Positions 1 through 10,551 of a stretch of 64,000 bases of DNA are shown here, in pieces. Position numbers and translations under genes: made by a program. Under the pieces are notes generated by a model. It was not told the DNA's origin. It saw only the letters and a list, made by a program, of their open reading frames with translations, and did no database searches. This DNA is from Dictyostelium discoideum (lineage: Eukaryota), in the NCBI GenBank assembly GCA_000004695.1, contig CM000154.2:4800001-4864000 (forward strand), read 5' to 3'. The number at the start of each line of letters is the position of its first letter. Within the stretch, counting starts at the first letter, position 1.

Positions 1-232
1 TTTAAAATAATTTTTTAAGCAATTTTAAAGGTGATTTTAAAGGTGATTTTAAAGGTGATTTTTAAGGTAATTTTTAAGATAATTTTTAAGATATTTAAAA
101 ATACCTTTAAAATTTATTTTAAATTAATTTTAAATAGGATTTAAAGTAGATTTAAAGTAGATTTAAAGTGAATTTAAATTTCCTTTAAACATAAATTTAA
201 GGTTTTTAATAAAAAAGATCTAATTTTAGAAC
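1..232. repeat. Degenerate ~12-bp minisatellite (units such as ggtgattttaaa x3, gataatttttaa x2, agatttaaagt x2)
   Basis: Direct reading: consecutive near-identical 11-13 bp units from the window start to about 230. Confidence 0.6.
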
Positions 233-282
233 AAAAAAATGGGGATAAAATATTCTATCATTTTTAAATTTTCATCAAAGCA

Positions 283-353
283 ATCAAATGGTGTAATGGT
301 TGATGAGACTACCCTTTGATAGAGGGTCGGGGGATCGAATCCCTTTTGGTAAT
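283..353 (+). pseudogene. tRNA-like relic with pol III A-box-like (tggtgtaatgg, 289-299) and B-box-like (gggatcgaatcc, 331-342) motifs; acceptor stem does not close
   Basis: T-arm-like GGGGG/ATCGAAT/CCCTT (329-345) and anticodon-arm-like ACCCT/TTGATAG/AGGGT (311-327). A/B box spacing of ~30 nt is typical of tRNA genes. I could not fold a canonical cloverleaf: no 7-bp acceptor pairing and the variable loop is too short. A second tRNA-like T-loop motif (gagttcgaagcc, minus strand ~396-415) and two short hairpins (ccgttaaataacgg, cgcttttaaagcg) lie just before the gap. Confidence 0.3.
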
Positions 354-477
354 TTTTGAAAAATTAAAAAAAAAATTTTAAAAAATTTATCCGTTAAATA
401 ACGGCTTCGAACTCAGGACCTCGCTTTTAAAGCGATTAAAAAGGTAATTCTTAAAGGGCCCCCCCCCCCCCCCCCCC

Positions 478-577
478 NNNNNNNNNNNNNNNNNNNNNNN
501 NNNNNNNNNNNNNNNNNNNNNNNNNNNNNNNNNNNNNNNNNNNNNNNNNNNNNNNNNNNNNNNNNNNNNNNNNNNNN
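478..577. other. Assembly gap (100 N) flanked by a poly-C run (462-477) and a poly-A run (578-620)
   Basis: Literal N run; flanking homopolymers look like low-quality or artificial joins. Confidence 0.95.
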
Positions 578-623
<46 letters not shown>

Positions 624-1954
624 GCGCAAACTAAATTTTTTTGTTATAAAAAAATAAATAACAAGCAAATAACTGAATAAAATTGGTTTTTTATTGTTCT
701 GATTAAATAAATTGTTTTTTAATTTAATTATAAAAAAAAAAAAAATTTAGTGAATTTTTACACTATGTATAAACAGTGTATTTTAGTGTAAAAATTCACT
801 GCCGTTTAGAAAGCGAAATTTCAAAAAAAATTCCCTACAACAACAATGTCCAATAAATTTAGTTAGTAAAAATTCAGACAGATTAATATTGCCATTATGT
901 AAAAGTATAATATCAAATAATAATTAAATCAAAATAGCTTTAATATTAATTATTTCTTTTTTTAAAAAAATTAATAGACGTTCCATAATAATCAATTGAT
1001 TTTCAAGACCAGAGAAATCCAATGTAGCCTCGTCTGAATGCATGGCGAATACCCATTGTATCCTGTAAGACCAATTAATTCCAATGTGGCTTCATCTGTT
1101 GCAAATCGATTTTCATTTATTAACTCTAATAATAATCTATTAAAAATAAACAAAATTTCTTTTTTTTTAACATATTTTAAAATTATTTATTAATTTCTAA
1201 TAAATTTTATCAAAAAATATTTAGTGAATAATAATAATTTAATAATCATTTATTTATAATTTTAATATTAAAAAAATAATACTAATGATTAATTTTTATA
1301 ATAAATAAGGAATAAATTATTTAAAAAAAATAAAAATTCTTATATTTTAATATTTTTTATTTAAATATTTATTGTACACCCATTAATTTTTATCATTTTA
1401 TTATAGTTTTTAATAATATATAATATCATATATTAAACTATAGTTTTAAAAAATGAGAAATTACAATAGTATTATTTCCTATTAATTGTTGTATATTATT
1501 TAATTATAGGTTTATGTTTTAAAAAATGAGAAATTACAAAAGTATAATTTCTCACAATATGGTAAATCAATAAATTTTTTATAATTTAATGACAAATTAA
1601 TATTCAATTTTAATTAAATAATATTAGATTTTATCAATTTTTAATTTATATTAAAATATATTTTTATTATATCTATTAGATTCTTTTTTATTATTTTATA
1701 ATAATTTAATAATAAAATTTGATTAATTATTAATTGGAAATTGATATTAGTTTGTTATAAATTTTATTAAATTATAATATCGTTTCTTAAAATATGAGTT
1801 TTTGCGGTAGTTTAATTTTTCACAAAATAGTTAAATTTCTTAGTTTTTTTTTCTCCGGTGGAGATTCTTTAATTTAAAAAAATAATAATAATAAAAATAA
1901 TATAAAATTAATTTAAAAAAGTAAAATTAAAATTAATTGGGAACCAAAATTATA

Positions 1955-1997
<43 letters not shown>

Positions 1998-2104
1998 TTA
2001 AAAAAAAAGTGTTAAAAAAATTTTGAAAGGTAAACTCAATTTATAATTTTTTTTTAATTGTAAACATATTATTTTATTTTTTTTAAATATTATAATGAGA
2101 TTGA

Positions 2105-3917
2105 TTATGATTCAAGTGGTTTATTAACATTATTAAATATTTTTACCTTAAATTCAATTGTTAATTTATCATCTTTAGTTAGCCAACCATTCTCTTGGGT
2201 AATTAAATTTGAATCTATAATATATGATCTTCCCCAACTCCAATCCCATTCCAAATCATCTATGTCTTTTAACTCTATTTTCGATTTTTTTTTTAAAAAA
2301 AAAAAAAATATTAGTTATTTTTTTTAAAATAATTCTTTAATTTAAATTAGTGATATTACTTTGCGTTTTAAATTTTATTGAATTTGTTTCATCCAAAACA
2401 TTAACCAATTTACAAATGAACTCAACATTTGTTCCTTCAATACTTTTACCCATCAAAAATATTGCAATTTTGTTTATTCTTGATAAACCATTTTGATAAA
2501 AAGAAAGATGAAATATATTTTGCAGAATATTGCACAGTGATTGGGATTTTAAAAAATTATTTTGATTAACTTGGAAAGATGGAGAATTTAATAAACTACC
2601 CTTTGGATTTTTTTTAACAATTTTTGAATAGTCTGAAATGATCCATTCGTTTTTGTATTTAAGTGCATTTAATGATAAAAGTTGGTCATTTTGTTTTTGA
2701 AGTTTATCACAAATAATTCTTGATAGTTCAAATTGTTTATTAAGGTTTTCTTGAGTTTTCTCTAATTGTTCAATCTTTTTAACAAGTTTATCACAAATAA
2801 TCTTTGACCGTTCATATTCTTTATAAAGATTTTCTTGGTTTTTCTCTGATTTTTCAATCGTTTTAACTAGTTTATCACAAATAATCTTTGATCTATTCTC
2901 ACCAATAATTCTTGATAATTCAAATTGTTTATTAAGGTTTTCTTGAGTTTTCTCTAATTGTTCAATCTTTTTAACATGTTTATCACAAATAATCTTTGAT
3001 CGATTCTCACAGATAACCTTTGATTGATCATATTCTTTATTAAGGATTTCTTGGTTCTTCTCTGATTGTTCAATCTTTTTAACAAGTTCATCTTGGATAT
3101 TATGTGATTGAATTAATTTTGAAGATAGTTTATCAATTAATATACCCATGAAATATTGATGATTTACATTATTTAAATGATTTTGTAACTCTGATCTCTT
3201 CATTTCAACTTTACAACCATATTCATAATATTTACATTGTATTGTTGAATTATTACAATCATTATTTATATGTGATTGAGTTTGATCTCTTTCAACCATA
3301 ATTGAACAACTTTGTGGACAGCCAATTGGAAATTTTGGACATTCATTATTATGGTTCTCTAATTCCTTTTGAATGGTATCATCACAAGCACAATATTTAC
3401 ATTTAACTAATTTGTAACCACATTGATTTTCATGTTCTTTCAATGAATTTAATCTTAAAACAACATCACATCCATTATGTGAACATTCAACAAATTTAAA
3501 TTTACAATTTTGTATATGTCTATCTAATTGATCTATATTTATTATTTCTTTACAACCATTCTCTTTATCTTTAACCAATGTTATATTTTCATCTAGATTT
3601 GCATAATCAATAAAATGATCATTATTGAATGAATAAATACAATAACATTCTTTTTTACCAAAACCTTGTTCAATTACTAAACATCTTGATAAATCATTGA
3701 TTGAATTTACTTTTGATCTACAAATCATACATTCTTTTTTAATTTTTAATGATTTCTCCCAACATTCTTTACATGCAAAATGACCGGATTTACATTGAAA
3801 AATTGATTTTTTATAAATAAATTCAAAACAAATTGGACATGAATATTTATTTTTCTTTTGTAATGATTCTATATTTAATAAAACATCATTTATTGTAAAT
3901 TTTGAATTTATTGACAT
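2105..3917 (-). CDS. TRAF-like protein: RING finger + TRAF-type zinc fingers + coiled coil + MATH domain; 2 exons (2360-3917, 2105-2274)
   Basis: The N-terminus has a C3HC4 RING pattern ([24 protein letters not shown]) followed by Cys/His-rich TRAF zinc-finger spacing. The ORF stop at 2337 is intron read-through. The donor is caaa|gtaatatc (2358-2359) and the acceptor is atag| (2275-2276). The terminal exon encodes ..[55 protein letters not shown], which matches the C-termini of the paralogs here. Confidence 0.85.
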
Positions 3918-4218
3918 TCTTTGTTATAAAAAATTGAAAAAATAACCAATTAATTAAAAAAAAATTTAAAAATTAATAAAAAAATTAATTGGTAATTAAA
4001 ATAATAGTAACAATTCCAAAAAAAAAAAAAAAAATTTTAAAAAAAACAAACAAAAATATTAGAAATTTTCAATAAAAAAATATTAAAATAAAATATTAAT
4101 AAGTAATAAAAATAATAAAAATAATAATAATCAAAAATAATAATAATAATAAATAATAATAATTAAAAAAAAAAATAAAAAAAAAAAAGATGTGGTTGTG
4201 TAAAAAATGAATTTTGTG

Positions 4219-4470
4219 TGGGTTGTTCAATTTTTAACACAAAAAACCAAAAAAAAGCTATTTTTAGGGATTACTTAATTGTATGTGTTAAAAATATTTT
4301 TTCAATATTTCCAGTTATTATTTCTCTTAAGAGAAATTGTGGGTGTAAAAAATATTTTTTTTTCTGTGTTGTTCAATTTTTAACACAAAAAAGTTTAAAA
4401 AACTAAAAAAGCTATTTTTAGGGATTGCTTAAAATTTTAAGTGTGTTATAAATATTTTTTCAATACTTGA
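4219..4470. repeat. Two tandem copies of a ~110-bp segment, each with a GT-rich hairpin (tgtgtt..gttcaattttt..aacaca), then gctatttttagggatt and gtgtgtt motifs
   Basis: Copy 1 is ~4219-4315 and copy 2 is ~4365-4470, ~85% identical. They lie 300-550 bp upstream of the TRAF-like gene start at 3917. Confidence 0.5.
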
Positions 4471-4806
4471 ATTATTATTTTTTTTATTTAAAAAAAATCT
4501 ATTTTGGGATTTTAAAAATAGAATAAACCCAAAAAAAAAAAAGTTATTTATTCATTCCCTAAAAAAAAAAACAAAAAAATAAAAAATTAAAAAAATAAAT
4601 GATATGTTATATTGGAGTGGTAAAACAAAAATACAATAAAAAAAAAAAAATGAGATAATTAATTTTAAAATTATTTTATTTTGTTTTTTTTTTTTTTTTG
4701 TTCTGAAGAAATAAACTTTTTTAATAAAATTTAATATTTTTAACTTGTAAGATTTTTAAATGGAATTATACTGGAAATTATAGAAGGGATATTGTGATTT
4801 TAATTA

Positions 4807-4841
<35 letters not shown>

Positions 4842-5094
4842 ATTAAATTGAGTTTTTCAAAACAAATAATCATAATATATTATTTTTTGGGTATTGAACA
4901 CGAAAAAAGAAACACCATTTTTATCAGTCATTAAGTAAGATAAAACGAAAATAATTATAAAAAAAAAAATGAATAAATGTTATAGATAATTAATGTTAGC
5001 TTTTTAAACAACAACTTTAGTTTTTAAATATTACAGTAATAATTCAAAAGTGAACATTTTATTTTATTTATTATAACAATATGGTGAGATTGAT

Positions 5095-5795
5095 ATGGGT
5101 TACGATTCAAATGGGTTAATAACATTATTAATTAATTTAACCTTAAATTTAATTGTAAGTTTATCATCTTTACTAAGACAACCATTCCCTTTGGTAATTA
5201 ATTTTGATTCAATAAAGTCTATACATCCCCAATTCCAATCCCATTCAATATTACCTATATTTTGTGACTCTATTATTGATTTTAAAAAAAAAAACTATTA
5301 GTTAATTTAAGAAATTATTTTTGAATTTAAATTAATTAAATTACCTTTTTGGAATTTCAATATTCTACTTTGGAGTTTAAATTTTTTTATTGATTTTGTT
5401 TTATCCAAAACATTAACTAATTTACAAATGAATCCAACATTTGTTCCTTCAATTCTTTTACCATACAAAAATATTGACATTATGTCCGTTGGGCCTCTGA
5501 ACCATTTGGGGAAATAGTAATTATAAATTCATTTGACTGAGTTTTGTTTTGGGGTTTTAAAAAATTATTTGTATTAATTTGGAACGAGGGAGATTTTAAT
5601 TCACTACCCTTTGGAAATTTTTGTAAAATTTTTGAATATTCTGAAATAGTCCATTTGTTTTTATATTGTAGTGAATTTAAAATTCTAATGGACTTGTAAT
5701 GTTATTTTTTCTTAAACAAGTATCATTCATTTCAGTAATTAATGATGAAAGTTCATCATTTTGTTTTTGAATTTTATTATTAAAAAAACAAACTT
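5095..5795 (-). pseudogene. TRAF-like pseudogene: 3' fragment (MATH-domain exons only) with frameshifts and stops
   Basis: The minus strand at 5095-5280 and 5340-5790 is colinear with, and clearly similar to, the MATH-encoding part and terminal exon of gene 2105-3917 (for example ccaacatttgttccttcaat and the same QENGWL..KLTI..LNLIV terminal exon). It has no RING/zinc-finger part, has a GC-rich unrelated insert at ~5490-5515, and has multiple frame breaks. Confidence 0.6.
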
Positions 5796-6067
5796 TTAAT
5801 TTAAATAATACAATTAATTTTTTTTAATTAAAAAGAATTTAAAAAAATAAATAATTAAAAAAAAACAGTGGTATATCTGGAGATCCATATTTATATATTT
5901 GATTTTTTTTTTGTTTTTTTTTTTAATTTTTTTTTTTTTTTGTTTGGAAATAATAAAAACTAGTTTCCCTTTTACAAATTTACTTTTTAATTATTTTTTA
6001 TTACCAATTTCATATTTTAATTTTATTTATCCTTTTTTTTTATTAATTATTGTTAAGTAATCTATAA

Positions 6068-6116
<49 letters not shown>

Positions 6117-6119
6117 TAA

Positions 6120-7682
6120 TTAATAAAATTCTTCTGTATAATATTTTTTATAAAATAATGATAAAGCTAAATCAAAATTATTTGAATTATCAGAGATTAA
6201 TTTTTCAATAGTTTGTTCCATTTTAACATTTGGATTAATTTTACTAAATTTGTCATTTAAAATATCATGAAATTTACTGTAGGTTGCATTTTGCATTGTT
6301 GAAACTTGATAAATTGTTTTAATATCACCAATGATTGGAATTATATCATCAAAAGTTGGAGCATACTCTTTTTCCATCCATTTAATTGCTTCTTCAATTG
6401 AATCTTTAATTAATGGATTAATAGTATCGAAATAGTCTTTTTGAATTGACTGTTTAATAAAATCATTTAAACCAAGTTGATTTAACGATTCTTCCAATGT
6501 TGAATTAAATTCATGGAATCCTAATGAGTGATATTTTCTTTTGCTTAATTTCACAGAAGCAATCTCTGCAGCTACAGCTTTTAATGAACCAACTAAATAA
6601 GGAGACCCAGTTTGATCCTCATCGAATCTTCTTTGAACATTATGACTATTACAAATTGGTAAAATTAAGAATGTATCTCTAACTGAATCACCAAACTTTC
6701 TAATATGACCACCAACGATCGGAGTCACTGGATTATGAATATTTTCATGTACTGGTGACTCTGTTTGAATTCTACAAGTTCTACCACTATCACAATTATT
6801 TGTAACAGATTCCCAAAATTTAACCCAACTTGATTCTCTTTTATCACTTGAAGTTCCGACTAAATTTACCAATTTTTTACCTCCAACACTCACTAACCTC
6901 AATACATCAGTTGATGGTTCATAATCACCTGCTTTAGCTTTTGGTTTAACACCCATTAATGAACTATCATTTTCATCAATTATTGTTGTTGTTGTTAATG
7001 TTGAATATTTTGGATCTGATCCCATTATAGTCTCCATTGCTTGAAAAACTTCTTTTGAAGTATGAGGACTACTAATAAGTTTTTCCCATTCTTCCATTGG
7101 TATTAATAATGAACTAATTAATTTAGTTGTTAGAATTTTAGTATCAGTAATTTCTTTTCCTTCTTCTTCCTCTTCATAAATATATTTATTTAAAATAAAA
7201 GCAACAAATTCAATTACTAATGATGATGCATCAATAGCTTGTTCAAACTTTTTCAAGTATTTACAAACTTTTTCAGGATCTTGTGGTTGTTCTGGGTCAG
7301 ATGGTTTTTTATGAATATCATCAGCAAACTTTTTTAATTTTTTAAAATATTCATTATTGTACATTTCATTTGACTTTTCATCAATTCTTCTTTTTAATAA
7401 ATTTATTAAAATTTCTCTAGATTTATTTTCAATATCGAATAAATCTGCTTCAATTTTTCTAAATGCTCTATCACCTAATTTCGATTTTAATTCAATTGCA
7501 TTTTGATTATTAATATCGATTCTACCATTTCTCATTATTGATGATATTGCGCTACTTGAAAGTACATCTACTAATATACGAGTAATTGCTGATTTAATTG
7601 CTAATTTAAGACCATATTTAAATGCTTCAATTGCAATCTTATCTCCGACACCTGCTTCAACTCCTGGGAATGGATATGACAT
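6120..7682 (-). CDS. Hypothetical 520-aa protein; no family recognised from sequence
   Basis: Long uninterrupted ORF with non-repetitive, coding-like composition, an ATG in an A-rich context, and homopolymer flanks. Confidence 0.7.
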   Translation of the reverse strand: MSYPFPGVEAGVGDKIAIEAFKYGLKLAIKSAITRILVDVLSSSAISSIMRNGRIDINNQNAIELKSKLGDRAFRKIEADLFDIENKSREILINLLKRRIDEKSNEMYNNEYFKKLKKFADDIHKKPSDPEQPQDPEKVCKYLKKFEQAIDASSLVIEFVAFILNKYIYEEEEEGKEITDTKILTTKLISSLLIPMEEWEKLISSPHTSKEVFQAMETIMGSDPKYSTLTTTTIIDENDSSLMGVKPKAKAGDYEPSTDVLRLVSVGGKKLVNLVGTSSDKRESSWVKFWESVTNNCDSGRTCRIQTESPVHENIHNPVTPIVGGHIRKFGDSVRDTFLILPICNSHNVQRRFDEDQTGSPYLVGSLKAVAAEIASVKLSKRKYHSLGFHEFNSTLEESLNQLGLNDFIKQSIQKDYFDTINPLIKDSIEEAIKWMEKEYAPTFDDIIPIIGDIKTIYQVSTMQNATYSKFHDILNDKFSKINPNVKMEQTIEKLISDNSNNFDLALSLFYKKYYTEEFY

Positions 7683-8226
7683 TTTTTTTTTTTTATATTT
7701 AATTAAATTATTTAATTATTTATTTATTATTATTATTTTTTATTAATAAAATTATAAAAAAAATTTTTTTTTTTTTTTTTTTTTATGTAAAAAATAAAAA
7801 AAAATAAAATAAAAGAGACTTTGGGGGATTCATTTTTTTTTTTTTTTTTTTTAAAATATCTTCGACAGCAAAGATAAACCGTTATTATAATAAAAAAAAA
7901 AAACGAAAAGAAAAATTTAAAAATATCTACCCTTCTTTTCTGAAAAAAAAAAAAATTGTTCGCTGATTGGCTAATTAATTCATGATGTTGATAATATCTT
8001 TTTTTTATTAGTTTTTAATATTATAAAATGAATGGCGTTTAAGGTTCAATGTGTTTTGAAAAAAAAAAAAAAATTAAAAAAAAAAATATAAAAAAAATAA
8101 AAAAAAAAAATAAAATAAAAATAAAAAAAAATAAAGCAATCACTTCCTTATATAAAAATATCTTTTTTTTTTTTATTTTATTTAATTTTATTTTTTTTTT
8201 TTTTTTTTTTTTAAAAAAACTAAAGT

Positions 8227-9405
8227 TTAATTGTGATAATCACTAATAACTATTAATTTTTTACCTTTTAATATTGGTACCAAACAAGTTTTATCTAAAA
8301 TTAAATTTGATTCATCAATTATAACCCAATCAAAATCATTTTTATCTTTTAAAAATTTATCTAATGAATTTATATTTGATGATGATAATATAATTCTTGA
8401 TTCATTAATAGTTTTATTAATTAATGATTTTTCTAATTTATTTAAATCCTTTTTTAAAGAAGTAATTTTTGAAATTGATGAATTTATATCAGACTTTTTT
8501 GAATCCAATGTATTATTAGCCAATTCAATTATATCTTGTTTAATTTGTTTAATTGATTTACCACCTTCACTATGTTTGATTTTATACTCTAATGAAATAT
8601 TTTTAATTTCGCTTGGACTACCAATTTTTGTAATTAATTCATTATTATTATTGTTATTATTTTTATCATCATACAAACTATTACAAATGAAATCAATTGA
8701 CTCGTTTGAAGAACTATATACTAATATTTTATTTTTATCATTTGATTTAATTAAATGTTTAATTATATCAGTTATTGTTTTAACTTTACATGTATTATTT
8801 GAATTATTAATTTTTATAATATCTTGATTATTATTAATAATATTATTTTCTAAATCTTTTAAAATTATTTCACTATTTTTAAATTGATCTTTAGTTGTGC
8901 AAATATTATCATTATTATTATCATCTTCGAATAAACTTTTATATTTTTCATAACCATTTACACCATTTAACGATTCTAATGTTTCTTTTAAAATTTTATT
9001 TTGATTTTCATTGAAATTAATTTTATCAATTGAAAATTTAATAAATGAATAATCTTCTTGTACCCATTTATATGGTTGTCCAAATGAACTGAATAAAGTT
9101 GGATCATCACAATCAATTGAAATTATAATTTTATTTGATTTAATTTTATAAATTTCACCAAATAATTGATAATTTATCATTTTGTTTGGTTTTGAACTTT
9201 GAAATCTTACACCAACAGAATCACCAATTTGAAATTCACAATCATTTTCAAATTGTAAATCACCACCATTTTCCATTACAAATTTTAAAAAAACTCTACC
9301 TAATAATCCAGTTGATCTTCCATCAATTAATACATTATTAATTATCATTTGACTATTAATTATTTGATCTCCTTTTTCACCATCAATTGATTGTTCGTTT
9401 TTCAT
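8227..9405 (-). CDS. Degenerate, C-terminally truncated Upf1-like (SF1) helicase-related ORF; possible pseudogene
   Basis: Motif Ia-like KILVYSSSNESIDFI (cf. ILVCAPSNxAVD). Motif II-like FDWVIIDESNLILDKTCLVPILKGKKLIVISDYHN (cf. VIIDEAxQ..LIPL..KKLILVGDxxQL). The Walker A position has decayed: NSNNTCKVKT where GPPGTGKT is expected. The ORF stops immediately after the motif II/III boundary and no motifs III-VI follow. Confidence 0.55.
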   Translation of the reverse strand: MKNEQSIDGEKGDQIINSQMIINNVLIDGRSTGLLGRVFLKFVMENGGDLQFENDCEFQIGDSVGVRFQSSKPNKMINYQLFGEIYKIKSNKIIISIDCDDPTLFSSFGQPYKWVQEDYSFIKFSIDKINFNENQNKILKETLESLNGVNGYEKYKSLFEDDNNNDNICTTKDQFKNSEIILKDLENNIINNNQDIIKINNSNNTCKVKTITDIIKHLIKSNDKNKILVYSSSNESIDFICNSLYDDKNNNNNNNELITKIGSPSEIKNISLEYKIKHSEGGKSIKQIKQDIIELANNTLDSKKSDINSSISKITSLKKDLNKLEKSLINKTINESRIILSSSNINSLDKFLKDKNDFDWVIIDESNLILDKTCLVPILKGKKLIVISDYHN

Positions 9406-9426
9406 TTTTTATATTTTAATTTATTA

Positions 9427-9428
9427 AT

Positions 9429-9526
<98 letters not shown>

Positions 9527-9527
9527 C

Positions 9528-9617
<90 letters not shown>
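9427..9617. repeat. (ATTT)n microsatellite, ~45 units
   Basis: Direct reading. Track ORF 9391-9651 is its translation. Confidence 0.9.
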
Positions 9618-9619
<2 letters not shown>

Positions 9620-9807
9620 TTTGTTTATTTATATATTTTTTAATGTTTTGATTTATTTTTTTTTTTTTTAATGTTTTGATTTATTTTTTTTTTTTCAATG
9701 TTTTAATTTATAAATTTTTTAAAAAAATTTTTTTTTTTAATTCCTATGACGGTAACTCCATTTCATCCAAATACCATCGAAATTTAAATAGACAATACCC
9801 AAATAAT

Positions 9808-9843
<36 letters not shown>

Positions 9844-10277
9844 CCCACTTTTTTTTAACTTGTTTTTTTAAGATTTGTTTTTGCTTGAAATTTTATATAT
9901 CCTTATATTTGGTACATTTTCAATATTTTCTAATGATTTTCTTTTTTTTTTAAAAAAAAAATAAGAGAAAAATTTGCAGCTAAAGAGATATAGCTTTTTG
10001 AATAAATGAAACAATTAATATTATTTTTTAATTTTTTTTTTTTATTTTACAAGATCCCAAAAATAGGTTTATAAATTTTATTACTTACTTGCAAGGTTGA
10101 AAAAAAAAAAAAAAATAAAAAAAATGATTGAGAATTATTAAGAAAATAATTGAAAACTAGTTGAACATTTAAATAGTTTGGAAAGATTTTTTTATTTATT
10201 TTTATATTTTTTTATAAAGTTGTAAAAATAGGGAAATACATGATTTTATCAATTTATGGTTTACAGTTTTTTAAGAT

Positions 10278-10471
10278 TTAAGACTCCAATGGTTCATATT
10301 CTTCATTTAAAATTTTAATATAAATTTCTATTATTAATTTATCATCATTACTTAACCAACCATTTTCTTTATTAATTAAATCAGATAATAAGAATTTTCC
10401 CCATCCCCATCCTTCTGAACTTATAAAAACTAAAATAAAAAATAAAAAAAAAATAATTTATTAGTAATTAA

Positions 10472-10551
<80 letters not shown>

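Noticed and set aside
387-668. Track ORF (93 aa, FFFFFF.. with X run)
   Set aside because: It translates poly-A/poly-C and the N gap; not a gene.
5095-5301. Plus-strand ORF MGYDSNGLITLLINLTL..
   Set aside because: It is antisense to the MATH-domain terminal exon of the minus-strand TRAF-like pseudogene. The same holds for the unlisted plus-strand reading at 2098-2290.
7683-8226. Possibility that the helicase-like ORF (8227-9405) and the 520-aa ORF (6120-7682) are exons of one gene
   Set aside because: The intervening 540 bp is homopolymer A/T with no usable acceptor or ORF. The downstream protein has no helicase motifs III-VI, and it starts with its own ATG.
8049-8246. Lys-rich ORF (KKKKIKKK..)
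   Set aside because: It translates an A-rich homopolymer region; no coding signal.
9391-9858. ORFs FIYLFIYL.. and KKKKKK..
   Set aside because: They translate the (ATTT)n microsatellite and a poly-A tract.
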